Positions 49,140 to 62,480 of a stretch of DNA of 64,000 nucleotides are shown here, piece after piece (positions within the stretch are counted from its first letter, which is position 1; each line of letters opens with the position of its first letter). The position numbers and the translations under genes were made by a program. This stretch comes from Vicugna vicugna. Taxonomy: Eukaryota. The stretch is taken from contig MU058636.1 of the NCBI GenBank assembly GCA_013265495.1, positions 6,421,741-6,485,740 on the forward strand, in the 5' to 3' direction. The notes below the pieces were generated by a model that was not told the origin of the DNA, made no database searches, and saw only the letters and a list, made by a program, of their open reading frames with translations.

Positions 49140-50560
49140 TTAGAGAGGAAAAATCAAATACAATATTTCATAAACATGCATAAGAAAGTTACATATCAAA
49201 ACCTCTAAAGTTACAGGAAACTTATAGCCCCTTCGAGGAAATACAAATCATCAAAATTGATTTAAAAAGAAATAGAAAAACTAAATGGCCATTAAACGTA
49301 GACAGTACTGAAAAAGTTCGTAAGCAGCCACATTCCAAGAGGCTCTCCCTTCAAAGAATAGGTAATTCCTATCATATTCAAATTGTCCCAGAGAATTGAA
49401 AAAGATACTTTTCCAGCTAAGTTTTCAAGACTCGTAAAGAATAACAAACAACAGGACAAGAACAAAAGAAAGAAAGAAAATCATAGACTAATGATTTAAG
49501 AATATAGTAGAAACATACAGTACTTTAAGCATTAATAAGCTAAATTCATCCTTCTACTAAATAATAATACACAATGACTAAGTAGGGCTTATTTCCGGAT
49601 GCTTTGATATTAGAAAAATCTTCATGAACAGATTAAAGGAGAAAAACCCATAGATCATTTTGAAGGATGGCAAAAAAACATTTAGTAAATTTCAACTTAC
49701 TTTCATGATGGAGGAATTGTATCTTAATACTAATTGACTGAGAAGATATAGGATAAGACATTATAAATGAATTCAGTAACACTTTCAAATGAATTTGACT
49801 TTCCTTAATTATAGCAGCTAATTTGATAATAGGTGACTGGCAGAAGGCTTCAACAAACTACATAGTGAAACATTAGAAGGGTTGCTATTTGTTTCTAGAG
49901 TAAAATGAAATGTGTGTACTCAAGGTTAAATAATAAAAAAAAACCCCAAATCTCAGTTCATTGGAAACTTAAAATGCATCACTAGAAGAGTTTTCAAACT
50001 TATGGTAAATCCCTACCATGAATCAAGGAAACTTATCTTCACAAATTGATGAGATCTATGAATACATAAGGAAAAGTTCTAGAAGGATGCATCTCTGGGC
50101 AGGTTGTAGAATTAGGGGGCTGTGATGGAGATGTCCTCTTTCCTTACTTTGTACTTCAATATTGTTTAAGCATATTGTACAATAATCATACATTACATTT
50201 TTTATTTGACATTTTATAAAGTTTGAAATATTCAATACCCTTGTATTTTCTGTTCTTAATTTGGGGTATACTTCTGTATGTATACTCACTATGATTGCTT
50301 TATCACAGTCTTGTGTTTCCAGGACATTCTATTTTATGTTTTTCTGCTTTAGTATTTGTCACAGAAAAGTTTAAAATAATGATAACATCTTCATAGATTA
50401 TATTCTTTATCATTATATTATAACCCTCTGGATCCCACTTAAGTCTTTGAGATTTGAATGCTACTTTTTAGAAATTTGTAGCGTCATTCCTGATTTCATT
50501 TTGTTTGCGTTTTGCTGAGTGTGCTTTGTCTCTCATTTCATTTGTACCCTTTTCTAGTTA
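49140..50560. mobile_element. Highly decayed old L1 fragments (ORF2 on +, then 3' UTR and an inverted piece)
   Basis: attcctatcatattcaaattgtcccagagaattgaaaaaga; acaatgactaagtagggcttatttc; acagattaaaggagaaaaaccca. Confidence 0.6.
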
Positions 50561-51567
50561 TGTTATTGTTTCTTCTAGATCTTACAGAGCCTTGATTTAA
50601 AAGGTGTAACTGAAGCCAGATACTTCACAGGTTTAATGAAACCTTGAAACAAATGAAATATGGTTGAAACAGGTTCTTTGAGAAGGAACATGCTTAGCTA
50701 GCCATTATGTCTTATTAGCTAGATGAGGAAAATTTTAGTGAAATTTTACATATTTGTTATCCTAAAATTTAAATAAACGCATACATATTCTTCAACTTGT
50801 TACCTGAAAGTTGAATTTCTGTGTCAGCCTGTTTGCTAATGAGGGAAAAGAACTTTCCTAATATGTAACGGTTTGTCTTAAGAGTCCTAAGAACTGTTGA
50901 TTTATAACCTTCACACAAGACTGTTTTCTATAGGAAACTATTTAAACTCTTTATGCTAGAAAATTGTGTGTGTTCTATCATGTGGTAAACCACAGTTGTC
51001 ATAGGAGATTAATTTTAACTACCAATTTATATCTCATTGTGATCTCACCAACTAGCACTAATTAACGCTACTTCTTTAAGGGACTGTGTAGGTTTCCTGA
51101 ACATGAAACATAGTTAAAGAGATTTACTTCTTAGGCAAATTACTTTAAAATAAAATACAAGTATCTCTCACAGATTAAAACCCAAGGGGAAAAAAAACTC
51201 TCAATTTGCCATGTCAGTAAGGCTAGTAATGATTAAACAATAATTTAATAAGGTTACCTTATGGGTTATTTTCAAACTGCAAACGATGAAAGATGAAGAT
51301 CAGGAAAAAAAATCCGTAGATCTAAACCTCTTTCACCTTGGGACAGACGTTCAAGTACTATCTTCCACACTTCCAAAAATCTTTGCCCCCTACCAAATCA
51401 AAGCCTTGTTGCCATGTCTGAGTCTGTCTCTAAGAGCAAGATGAAACAATGAACTAATTCTCCCTCATGGTCCAGGCACCATGAAAGACACTACAACACA
51501 GTAGGGAAATAGGTGTAAACCCTGCCCTCCTGAGCTTACAGTTTAATATGCTTGCCTGTTACCCAGC

Positions 51568-51765
51568 TCTGTGCTGTCCAGTGTGGTACCATTAACCACA
51601 TATGGCAATTTAAAGTTAACCTTAACAAAATTTAAAATTGAGTTTATCAGCCATGCTAGCCATATTTCAAGTGCTGAATAGCCAAATGTGGCCAGTGGCT
51701 ACCTTACTGAACAATGTGGATAGAGAACATGTTCATCACTGTTAAAGTTCTGCTGGGCAGCACTG
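51568..51765 (-). mobile_element. MER3 hAT-Charlie MITE
   Basis: ctgtgctgtccag...ctagccatatttcaagtgctgaatagccaaatgtggccagtggctacc...aaagttctgctgggcagcactg. Confidence 0.85.
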
Positions 51766-51839
51766 CTCTAGATGTGTGGCACTTATGGCTTAGACTGGGT
51801 TTTGAAAAGGACAGGTCACTATATATATGGTACCAAAAG

Positions 51840-52005
51840 CAGTTACATGATGAAAAGAACCTGGTTCCTGAATAATGGGTCTTTACAGAACTGAATAGCC
51901 CATAAACCTGGACGTTAACTTGGAATCATTATGTGAAAGAGAAACAAACTTCTCTAATCCTTGAGCCACTGTATTCTGTGGTCTCTTTGTTTCAAGAAGT
52001 TTAAA
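51840..52005 (+). mobile_element. MLT1J-like LTR 3' fragment
   Basis: tatgtgaaagagaaacaaacttctc...gagccactgtattctgtggtctctttgtt. Confidence 0.6.
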
Positions 52006-52287
52006 ACTAAATTTTATCTCAGTTCGCATCAGCCCTCTTATTCATATGTCCTGTTAGTTCTCTTACTTTAATTAAAACTATATGTGCCATCACATCTGCT
52101 CATTGCACCGTCTCAGAGGGAGTCATCTATGAAAGTAATTCACACTATAATGTTAATGACTGAATTTCAATAAGTAGCATGTATTGTATTAATTCAATAC
52201 CTCTCTTAGAATAATTTGATTATAAAAGAAATCCCAGAAAGAGGAATTTCCTCTACATATAAGGGCAGCATCCAAACTCAGTATTTA

Positions 52288-53300
52288 GAATAGACATTTT
52301 TCCAAAGAAGATACACAGGTACACAATAGCCAACAGGTACAAAAATGTGCTCAAAATCACTAAGCATAAGGGAAAAGCAAATCAAAATCACAATGAGATA
52401 TCGCCTCACGCCTCTGTCAGAGTGGCTACCATCAAAAAGACAAGGGATAACAAATGTCAACCAGGATGTGGTGAAAAGTGAACCCTGGTGCAGTACTGAC
52501 AGAAATGTAAATTGGTACAGCCACAGTGAAAAAGTGTATGGAGGCTTCTCAACAAAGTAAAAACAGAACTAACATACAGTCCAGGAGTTCCACTTCTGGG
52601 AACATCTGAAGGAAACAAAAACACCATGTTGAAGAGATATCTGTACCCCATGTTCACAGCAGCACTATTTACAATAGGCAAGATATGGAAACAACCTAAG
52701 TGTCCATTGAGGGATGGGTGGATTAAGAAGTGATATAGATAGATAGATAGGTAGGTAGGTAGTGGAATATTATTCAGCCATAAAAAGAAGGAAATTCTGC
52801 CATTTGCAATAATGTGGATGGACCATGAGGGCCTTATGATAAGTGAAATATGTCAGACAGAGAAGGAAAAATAACAGTATGATCTCACTTATATGTGCAC
52901 TCCAAACAAAAAAAGGGAAAAATCATAGAAAAAGACATTGGATTTGTGGTTGAGGGTGAGGGGAGAGTGAATTGGATGAAGGCAGTCAAAAGGTCCAATC
53001 TTCCAGTTATAAGATAAATAAGTACTACGGATGTAAAGTACAACACGATGACTATAGTTAACACTGATGTATATCTGAAAGTTGTTAAGAGAGTAGATCC
53101 TAAGAGTTCTCATCACAAAGGAAAAAACCTTTTTGTTTGTTTTGTTTTCTTTTTTTTCCCTTTGTATCCCTGTGAGACAATGGATGTTAAGCTTATTGTG
53201 GTAACCATTTCACAATATGTGTAAGTCATGTCATTATGCCCTATACCTCAATCTTATACAGTGCTGCATGTCAATTTTATCTCAATAAAACTAGAGAAAA
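52288..53300 (+). mobile_element. 5'-truncated L1 (ORF2 end plus 3' UTR) with TSD
   Basis: gaatagacatttttccaaagaagata...atctcaataaaactagagaaaa; TSD aaactcagtattta (52274-52287) / acacttcaggattta (53301-53315); internal (GATA)n(GGTA)n at 52733-52762. Confidence 0.9.
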
Positions 53301-54049
53301 ACACTTCAGGATTTAATTGCAAAATCTATTAAGAGGTTAAAAGAAAGGAAAGGAAAAATCCATTTCTTTGCTGACTCTTCATAAATCCTGAGAGATTAAA
53401 TACTGAAAGGGGTAATCCAACTCTTGTCAAGCATCACCATTCTACGGATACAGAGGACGCTACGTTACATTTATACCCTTGTTAGAGCCGCAGGAATCTG
53501 GCCGATGCAGGAATTTCAGTACTTTAAAAAGCACAATACCTTATATTCAAGAATTGCTCAAAAAATATTTGTTTGAACAGTCCCCAAGAGGTGTCTTAAA
53601 TCTTTGATTTACTCCATGCTGCCAGTAATCTCTTTTATTCTGAGTCAAGATGCTCTCACTAACCAGCACTTTTCTCTACAAGCATCTGCTTAACCAATGA
53701 GATAGCTGCTCTTCATCTTTTATTACTACACTAGACCATGCAAAATTCGACAAGCCCTCTCTCCTCCTGGAGAGAGGGTAGAGGTTAAGGTAAGATGGTG
53801 GGGCCCACACAGGAGGGTTGCTGGGTCCTCTCCCCTGACCCATATGCCTTGTCACTAAGTCTGAGACTGGTTATATAACCAGAACCAGAGGAGCTCCCCT
53901 AACAGGGACTTTGCCGTTGCTTCCTGCAACATGACTTCTACTGCTCAATTCCCATCCTCATCCCCAAGCTCCTATTCTTATACCGACCCAATCTATCTAT
54001 CAAGGATGCAGGTCAAGTGTTACTTTTCCATAGGTAGTTCTTCAGCCCC

Positions 54050-55468
54050 ACTGTAAGTCTGACATTGATTTTATGCTGTAATAGCTGTTGGCCAGTCGTG
54101 ATGTAGCTGTGCTTATACAAACTCGGTCAGAGCTGTTCGTATTGTGGTTCCTTCGGTTAAGTGATATACATTGCTCTATAAACACAATGAATTGAACTGC
54201 CATTTAAAATGTCTTCAGGAAGATTATACTATGATTCAGCATTGATATTAAAAGCTACTGTATATTAAGGAAGGAACAGAAACAGTAATTGAACATAAAT
54301 TTGGTCCTAGCAAAGCAAAAATTTGTCATTGGAAGGACAGATGCAATTCCGTACTTTCTTGCAAAAACAATAACCAAGTGCTTTGTAGGAACTAAGAAAG
54401 AAAGACACCTACAACTAAATGAATCTACATTACTTTTGTTACTGAGATAATGGAAAAGAACTGACAATCACACCCAAGCAAGGGAGGAGAAATTGCTCAG
54501 AACATCAGAAATGGATGAAGGAGAACTGAAAGCAATGAGAAGCTGATGTGAGTGACTCATGCATCCAGCGGGACTAGCATTAAGGCATCAAACACTATTT
54601 TGTCAGACACTCCCTTCTGACTTTGAACATCAACTACTTAACTTCCAATACAAGCGATTTAATTGAGAGAATCATGGAATTAGATTTAGTCAAACAGAAA
54701 ACCATAATGAAACTCTAGAATTTTTTGACACGCCTTGAAATTATATTATCAATGCTAAGAATTAAAGAAATCAAAACCATGAGTTTGGGTAGTTTATCAC
54801 TGTGATGTTATGCAAAATTTCCAATGGCCAAAAGTCTGGTTCTATATTTAACTGTAAAGCATAAAAATCAAAGAATAAGAAATTTACCCCCATCAGGTAA
54901 ATACTGTTTGCCCTTAAACAAAGTACGTATGACAGCTGAGTGGCTAAATTCCACCAAAGAGGCCCAGAAGCACCTAAGTAACCCATCAAGTGTGGTAGTT
55001 ACTGATGCTTTTTAGATATATCTAAACAGTTCTAGCAAAAGCAACAAAATGGTAGCACTAAACTTAATGGTGGATTGGAGAAAAGTCCCAGAGAAAACAG
55101 TGGAGCATTCTTTTAAGAAAGTCTGCATCACTAAGGCTCTTGACAGCATGGAGAATGACATTGTAAAGAAAAACTCAGGCACTGCTGGACGAGTCAAAAC
55201 TCATTTAGAAGAGTCAGACTGTGAGTGGGGGGAGGTTTAGAAATAGTTTAACTAATCCATTTAATTTATATTTTCCTTCTAAAAGAAAAGAGTGATCATG
55301 ATTTTTTAACTGTCTAAAAGAGCTCTTCCATATCTTTAAGTATAAAACAAGTTTTTAAATAGGTAGTTTTGTGCCATGGTTTAATTTGAAATGTTTTATC
55401 TTTCTAAGTAGAATATAAGATAATGATGCACCCTACAATCAGTGGCACCTTCAACTGGATGAAATTCT
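54050..55468 (+). mobile_element. Kanga1-like TcMar-Tc2 DNA transposon with decayed transposase
   Basis: ATG at 54209 (MSSGRLYYDSAL); RFSQTENHNETLEFFDTP*NY (54682-); VVVTDAFR (54992-); ORF 55049-55240 WRKVPEKTVEHSFKKVCITKALD; right end gatgcaccctacaatcagtggcaccttcaactggatgaaattct. Confidence 0.85.
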
Positions 55469-56394
55469 ATACACTTTTTTGGCTCACTGCTTTTGTAGTT
55501 AGCTGTAACAGTTTGGGCAGCCATAAGTATGTGTAACAAAGATGGCCATTTTCAGTGGTGAAAATTAAACTCCAAACTCTCAATCCTGACTGTGCTGAGA
55601 CCATCCAGCTTCTCCAGGAATCTCGGTGCACACTATAAAGGGGGCTCATTCTCCTTCAGCACCAGACCATGATCTCTCTACTGAGCTCGCCTTAGGAGTC
55701 AAGAATGGGAATCTTCGGTGACAAAGTAATGAAATAGCCCTTCACACTCGCCACAAACACACCTAAATGGCCGACATTTTTCCTACATTCAACAAGCATT
55801 TTGGAGGATATTTACTGTATTCTAGACACTACAGCAGCCAGATCTCATTTGAAGGACACTTACTTTTGATAGGGTCTTGCTATCTTGGCCCCTAATTGAC
55901 CATCGGTGATGTATTAAACCTCAAGATGTTTAATTCAAGAGGCATGTTTTCATAGTTTCATAATCTGTGTAAGAAATATAATCATGTGAAGGCATAACAA
56001 AATATAGTTGTTCTTTCATTGAATGTCATGGTACTCGCAGAAACAGCCTGCTGACGAGCATACTAAGGTTATTTTTAGCACATCACCTTTTTACAACATT
56101 TGTGACTGTTAATTATGACCATTTGGAGCTCACAGATGGTATATGAAATTGTAGTGTTCTGTTTTAGATAATGAGGGTGGTGGTATAGCAAATAAATCAT
56201 TGCGAAACCAAAGGACAAAGTTGGTACACAGCATGGTGTACTGGTTATTTATTACACACAGTACCTTGGCTGTTAACAGTGCTTTATATTTGATTTCCAG
56301 CCACTGTTCCATCTGCCACTCTGGTCTCCCTTTTACACAGCTTCGATCATGTTACCTCTCTACTTATAACCTTTGGTGTCTCCTTTTTGCTGCC

Positions 56395-56920
56395 CTATGA
56401 ATCCTGAGTTCCTCAGCTTGGATTCCAATAAGACTCCATAATCAGACACAATCCTGACAACTGGAATTATCTTCCACAGCCACCAACAGGCAGTTTTTCT
56501 CCAGTTAGTGCATTCCTCGCCCTGGTTTTTCTATGCCTTCTGCTCACTGCCAGTTATGCTCTCCCTGGTGTTCTCTCCACATATAATGACTATTTTCCTT
56601 CCTTCTGCCTATCAAAGCTCCGATAGTCCTTCGAGATACAGCTTAGATACAGGGCTTTCCACGCAGCCTGTGTTGACTTTACCGATTGCCATCATTTTCT
56701 CCCTTCCATTCCAAGTGCAAATACAGTAAGTGCCACCTCGCTTTACATTCATTGCTCCCTGACTATGTCACCATGTAGGTCTTAGCTGAACAAGATGGCA
56801 AGGTCACAAGCAACAGAAAGCCTGACGTGCTCTCCTGTGGCTTCCCCCACCCTACCAAATGAAGTTGCAGGTGGGAGAAGGGAGAGTCGGTGGTTAATAA
56901 ACACCTGTTGAGTCTCTGAC
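56395..56920 (+). mobile_element. L2 3' region
   Basis: tccttcgagatacagcttagatac...ttccacgcagcctg...ggttaataaacacctgttgag. Confidence 0.6.
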
Positions 56921-59121
56921 TAATACAGAAATAATTATCCAGCTAAATATCCAGAAGATAACACTTGCAGGTCCATTTTCTTAAAGTAGAAGAAGCTGCA
57001 TCTAGCAGCTGGTGTAGAATGTTGACTCTGATCATGTGATAAATAATCTCTCAGAAATTTACCATTCTGTAAACTGTCAAGGACCTCTCCAAGGAGTGTG
57101 TCACACGATCCTGAAGTTCCAGGGCTCAAATCATTAATTTAGTAGCTGGGGCTTTACAAGGAGACTGCAACCAAAGGACGGAACCTATTTTGTAGGAACC
57201 ATTAGCTATTTGTTACAGTATTTTTGTGTTGATTCAGGCATTTGGCATAGTGTTTCTGTTATATGTCATTCACTTAGCACTTTTGGTATTCCTCAGTAGA
57301 GACAAATAAAACCCTCAGGAAAATGGTATACAAATTCGTACAATGAGATACAAAAAGTTACTTGATAGAAAATTATTAGAAGGTTTGATTAGCTATAAAG
57401 TGATTTACACTTAAATTTAGAAAACAGAAGTTTGCTATGAACTAATACAAATTTGAGACAGCGAGAGAGGGAGGGAGAGAGAGAGAAAAAAAGGATCCAA
57501 GCTAAAGGAGATTCAGGAAGTCCTACCAGTGAGAAGGAAGGTAACTTACAAGTTAACTAGAGCATCCATTTGTCACATTGTGTCTTGATGGGTTATTTGT
57601 CTCAATGACCCTAATTTTGTTGGTATAGAAAAGACCTGATGCTTCACAATCTTCTTTGAGTGTGTGTGCTTTCTCAAGGTGATAAGTCAAGTGTCACTTT
57701 TGTGACAGTCTCTTATTTTGAAACTGAAATAAGAATGTGTACAAAATACTATGATGATAAGGGAGATGAAACTTCCCTGGACAGTTTAACTTTGACAGCT
57801 GAAGTGGCAAGTAAAGTCAGCATGGCTTCTGATCCCACACCTGATCTGTCCTAGTAATTTCTAATACCTCAAGTTACATCAGTATTGCCAGGGACCTGAC
57901 TATCTAGAAAAGCCACCGATGAGACAACGTAGGGCTACTCAAAGGTGCCCTTCTCCACTGTATACTCATTCTTCCTTCTCTTGTTTTTTACTTTTCTCTG
58001 TGTTGCTCCCGTTTTTTCCAAATAGTGTATGCATCTCAAAATAAAAACTGTGTTTCCTATGTCTGTAGATGCGTCCTTCAATGGAAGTCCCATGCTGAGC
58101 AAGTTGAAAGTGTAAAATGCATACTTGGTGGGTGATTATTTGCTTGAGAGAAGTAATAAATTGTGTGCATGCAAAGAAAGAAGAGAGACTAATCTAATGA
58201 TTGAAAATCTAATTTCTTATGAACATTCTCCACCCAGAATTCACCCTAAGACAACAATTTATTTGAGAATTTTGAGAGTTTCCACCTTAGGGACTTCAGA
58301 TAATGATGGCGATACATTAGATTTTAAGAGAGGTAGAATTTATTTTATTTTATTTATTTCATGAATTCCCTGCCTCTTCTTTTTCCCTCATGTTAATTCT
58401 CTAACTATTCATTCAAATTTTGGTTGACTCTTTTCAACATTCACACTTTTATTCAGCCTTCAAGAGATACTAGATGAGCACCTAATTCTGGGCAAATTGC
58501 ATGACACTGAGGATACAAACTAGTAAGGCGCAAGGTTTCTTAGTATATGAAGCAGCACATGAGAGAGTTTCTGTGCAGTTGAATAAGGTTAAAACTGATT
58601 TTACACGAAACTGATTTTGTGCAGAAGTCAGGACAAACTACAGTGCTACTATTTCCTATTATACTCTGTCTAAATACATATGTATAATATATATGTTTTC
58701 TTTACCACTCCAGTCATTCTTTAAAAGACAAAGGATTCTATAAATGGAACAACAGGTGTGTGAATGCCATGTGTAGTTATATACTATTAATAGAGATTTC
58801 CTTTTCTATCAGATTTCTGATGATTGAGTGCTTGGTATGTGGTTTGTTTTCTAATCACAATCGATCATTTCTTCCTTGAAGTCATTCTGGTAACACATCT
58901 CTGCCATTATTTTTAGATCTATGACAAATCATTTATTCCATACTAACTGAGAAGTGTTTTTGATTAAATAAATCTCATCAAATGCTACTTGAAAAAAGAC
59001 ACAAATAATCTCATGTGACTCTAAGGGTTGGCTTCACTTCAGACAGAAGGAAAATTAAGCCCATTATACCGATTAACCCATCAATGAATGCTGCGGGGAG
59101 GGGGCGGGGTGGTAATCTTAC

Positions 59122-59243
59122 CTCTACGTAAAGAAGTTACTTGCTCTTGTTAGGAATGGGCTCACCTGCCCAAACGACTCCCTCACAGAGTCACTTGCTC
59201 TTGAATTTCCTTCCGTACAATACGATATTTTGTTTCCAAGCTC
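59122..59243 (-). other. Candidate exon with two alternative donors (ends 59166 or 59122)
   Basis: Acceptor tgtttgcattttaacag|G; donors CAG|gtgagc and GAG|gtaaga; lies in mildly CpG-enriched, repeat-free DNA. Confidence 0.4.
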
Positions 59244-60780
59244 CTGTTAAAATGCAAACAGCTCTAAGAGGTCTAAATTCACACCAAAGTAAAAATAACT
59301 AATATTAGCTGATATCAACTCTTTCCTGAGAAAAGTTGCTCTGTTATTGAGCTGCCTGTAGGAGTGTGGAAGAATTCACCCTGAAAGGAGGAAAGGACAT
59401 AAACATTTGGCAGGAACTGAGGACACATTTCTCTTTATTCGGCAGTTTGTCAAGGATTGACGCTGACTAGAGAGTTGGTAGACTTTTCCCCCAATGTTTT
59501 CAGTCTTAAACTTCATCCTTCTACCTGTCGATTCCTTGAGTTCCAATGAGAAAGGATTGCAATTGACATCCAAACCACGCGTATAATCAGATCTTTATAG
59601 AAACTGTAGTTCGCTGCGTGTCCACTTATGTTTAAATTAAGTGTTCGGTGAAGTTTCTAAAGTTCAATCCACTATGTCAACTCAGTTGTACTCAACCCAG
59701 CTTTTTGATAAGCTGGGAAAGAGGAAACCAAGCTTTCTCAGATGGTCTTGAATTCTACCAACACAGTCTGGGCCCTTCAGACTGTGAAAGCACTAGAATT
59801 TATTGAATGAATGAATGAATAAGTGAAAGAACAAAGAAACAAAAGAACATAAAAAAGCAAGGGAAGCAACCTGGTAAGCAAATACTCTAATTACAGTAAA
59901 ACCATCTCCCATTACGGTTCAACATTTAGTTTAAATATAACTGAAGATTCTTCCTTTGTGTCAGATCTCTTCACTTGGTTAAGACCAACCATGATGTAGG
60001 GGATGCCCAGGAGGGGTGATGACATTGTATTAGAAAGTGGCACTTCTCAGTCTAGCTCCACTAATGGTGTGGGTGCAGCTGCAGCAAGACTGCCGGGCGT
60101 TCCTCAGCCTTCTTGTTCATCACTCTGAGATCTGAGAATGGTGGGGAAGGATTATGCAGTGGTGTAAGACATTATCTGAAAAGCACTTGTGCTTCATCGT
60201 GTTTGCTTTTAACAGCTTGTGAAAAATGAAAGCACTGCTGTTATGTGGTGCTCTGTGGAAAAAACCTTTCACTTCACAGAACGTAGATGTGTGGGTTTCG
60301 AGCAGAGGAGTTTCTGCTGCACAAGTGGTAACTGCTTCATATGCTTCACCTTTGGATTTATCACACAAGGAATCAAGGTCACACTCTCCATAAAATACAA
60401 AGCAGTTTTTGCTAGCTAAAGTTTATTCTACACAGGCAGAATAAGAGGGAATTTGATAGAATCATAGCCAGAATATTCAAGCAAAACAATTATTCTTGTC
60501 TGAATTATTCAGGTTAAGACATTTTCCCCCTGAAATAATGGCTTTACCAGGGCTATTTAAATAGCCCTATTAGTATCTCTAAGTGAGGCCTTATTTTAAG
60601 AATAGAGATAAAAGATTTAAGAAAAGAGGGTTAATTTTTAAATTACTAAAGAAACCCTGATTAACTAAAATTAATTACCTAAGATGCTGAAATTCACTTG
60701 TGCGGCAGAAAAAAATACTAACTGAAGATAGGGATCTTTCAGTACCAAGCATAATAGAATTCTTTTTGGTCCTAATTTAC

Positions 60781-60905
60781 CTGAAGAATCTTTTTACCAT
60801 CACTTAGAAGACTTTCATGTAGTCAAAATCAATCACTCACACTCCCTTGGACCATTCTGTTGATTTTTGACATCCCACATATGCAAAATCATTTACTCAA
60901 AGTGA
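60781..60905 (-). other. Candidate non-coding exon (125 nt)
   Basis: Branch-like ctctaat plus ttttccacttctctag| acceptor; donor CAG|gtaaat; stops in all frames. Confidence 0.4.
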
Positions 60906-61799
60906 CTAGAGAAGTGGAAAAATTAGAGTTTCATGGTTTACGAATTGGAATTTACACAGATTTTACAGCTTTGCTTTTAAAGAAAGGAAAATGTTTTCTG
61001 CAGTTGAGAAATCACTCCAACAGATGGGCCTATCTCCTCTATTTTTATTTCTAGTTGGCTTACGGGTGAATTACCCTGGACATAGTTATAAATTTGAAAT
61101 TATAGGAACTGCTGAGGGGTGATTTTTTTTCCTGGCTATAAAATACAATGAGGACACAGCTGCAGTATCTAGAAAGTGAGGGAAGCTAAAACCATAAAAA
61201 TAATACTGTTTCCTCTTCTTTGTTTTGGATGCAAGAGTAAGCTTATCTGGTTTCCCATTATTTATAACGATTAATCTAAGGCCACATTCCCAGAAGAGTA
61301 ATTAGCCAGTCAATTACTTCAGTGTGAATCCAGCATTCTGATTAAGTGTAACTTCACAATTAGAAGCGGCCATTCAATAAAGCATAGTTCAGTGCATCTT
61401 TTTATACTGAGATAGGGAGGCTGTGGGAGGAGGCAGAAATATGATAGGAATAACTGGTTGATGTAACTCCATTGAAAAGAGATCTTGGGACAATTGTGAA
61501 TCACCTATTGAATATAAGTCAACACTGAAATTCCACCTACTAATCTTTCTATGTATGTGTTTGTGGAGTTTTCACATGAGTTTGGCCTACTACATTCTCA
61601 ACCTGCAACCGTCTGCTTCGTACATTATCTTCAGCAAGTTTTTCATCAAGGGATTTGATTTGTTTCAGGCTCCCCAGCCTTCCCCACTATCTCCCAACCA
61701 CCTCCTATATATTGGTGTCAGTAGTAAGGCTCTGAATAGCCATTTTTCAAAAAATATTAATCCAAGAAATATTAAAACTTAATATTAATATTAAAATCT

Positions 61800-62480
61800 T
61801 TTAAGAACAAATTCTCCGGAAACCTCAAGATCAGGCTGAAGCTCTTTCACGTGGCATATGAGGCTCTTGTTGGTCTGGATTTTGCCTACCCTTCCAGCTT
61901 AATCTTGCTCCAGAAATATTTTTAATGCTTGATGCTCCAGCAATGCTAAGAGAAATGGCAGTAGTACAGATAGTTGTGGCAATACAAGTGACCATTCACT
62001 TAGCATCGGTTACATGAGAGATAAAATATTAAATACTTTATCTCATTTAACGTCCATAATAACACCACAAGGCAGGTACTATTATTCCTATTTTACAGCT
62101 AGAAGAAGTGGGGCTCTGTGATATTAAGTAAACTGCTCAAGTACGCACAGTTACTAAGCAGTACACCTACGATCCTTCTCTTAACCTCTTTGTTATACCT
62201 CGACTAGGCCATGCTATTTCATGTCTTTGGGGATTTTCACGTCTTCTTTCATCTCACTATTGTACCATTCACTGCCTTGTACACCTTGTTCACTTTAGAA
62301 ACTCCTACTCATTCGTTAAGACTTTCTCTATGAAATCCTCTCTGACCTGCCTCCCAAGAAAAGGTGATTAGTCTTCCTCCCTGTCTTCCACAGTCCTATC
62401 CCAAATGCACACACACCCATTATTATATTTTTCATTATGCTTTATAATAATCTATCTACACACGCAAATATCTGTCTCCT
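61800..62480 (+). mobile_element. L2 fragment split by an antisense MIR (about 61990-62200)
   Basis: gtggcatatgaggctcttgttggtctggattttgcctacccttccagc; tctcatttaa...aggcaggtactattattcctattttacag; aaactcctactcattcgttaagac. Confidence 0.7.

Noticed and set aside
60216..60327. Plus-strand acceptor with MKALLLCGALW signal-peptide-like start
   Set aside because: Hydrophobic stretch too short, weak donor, no supporting exons
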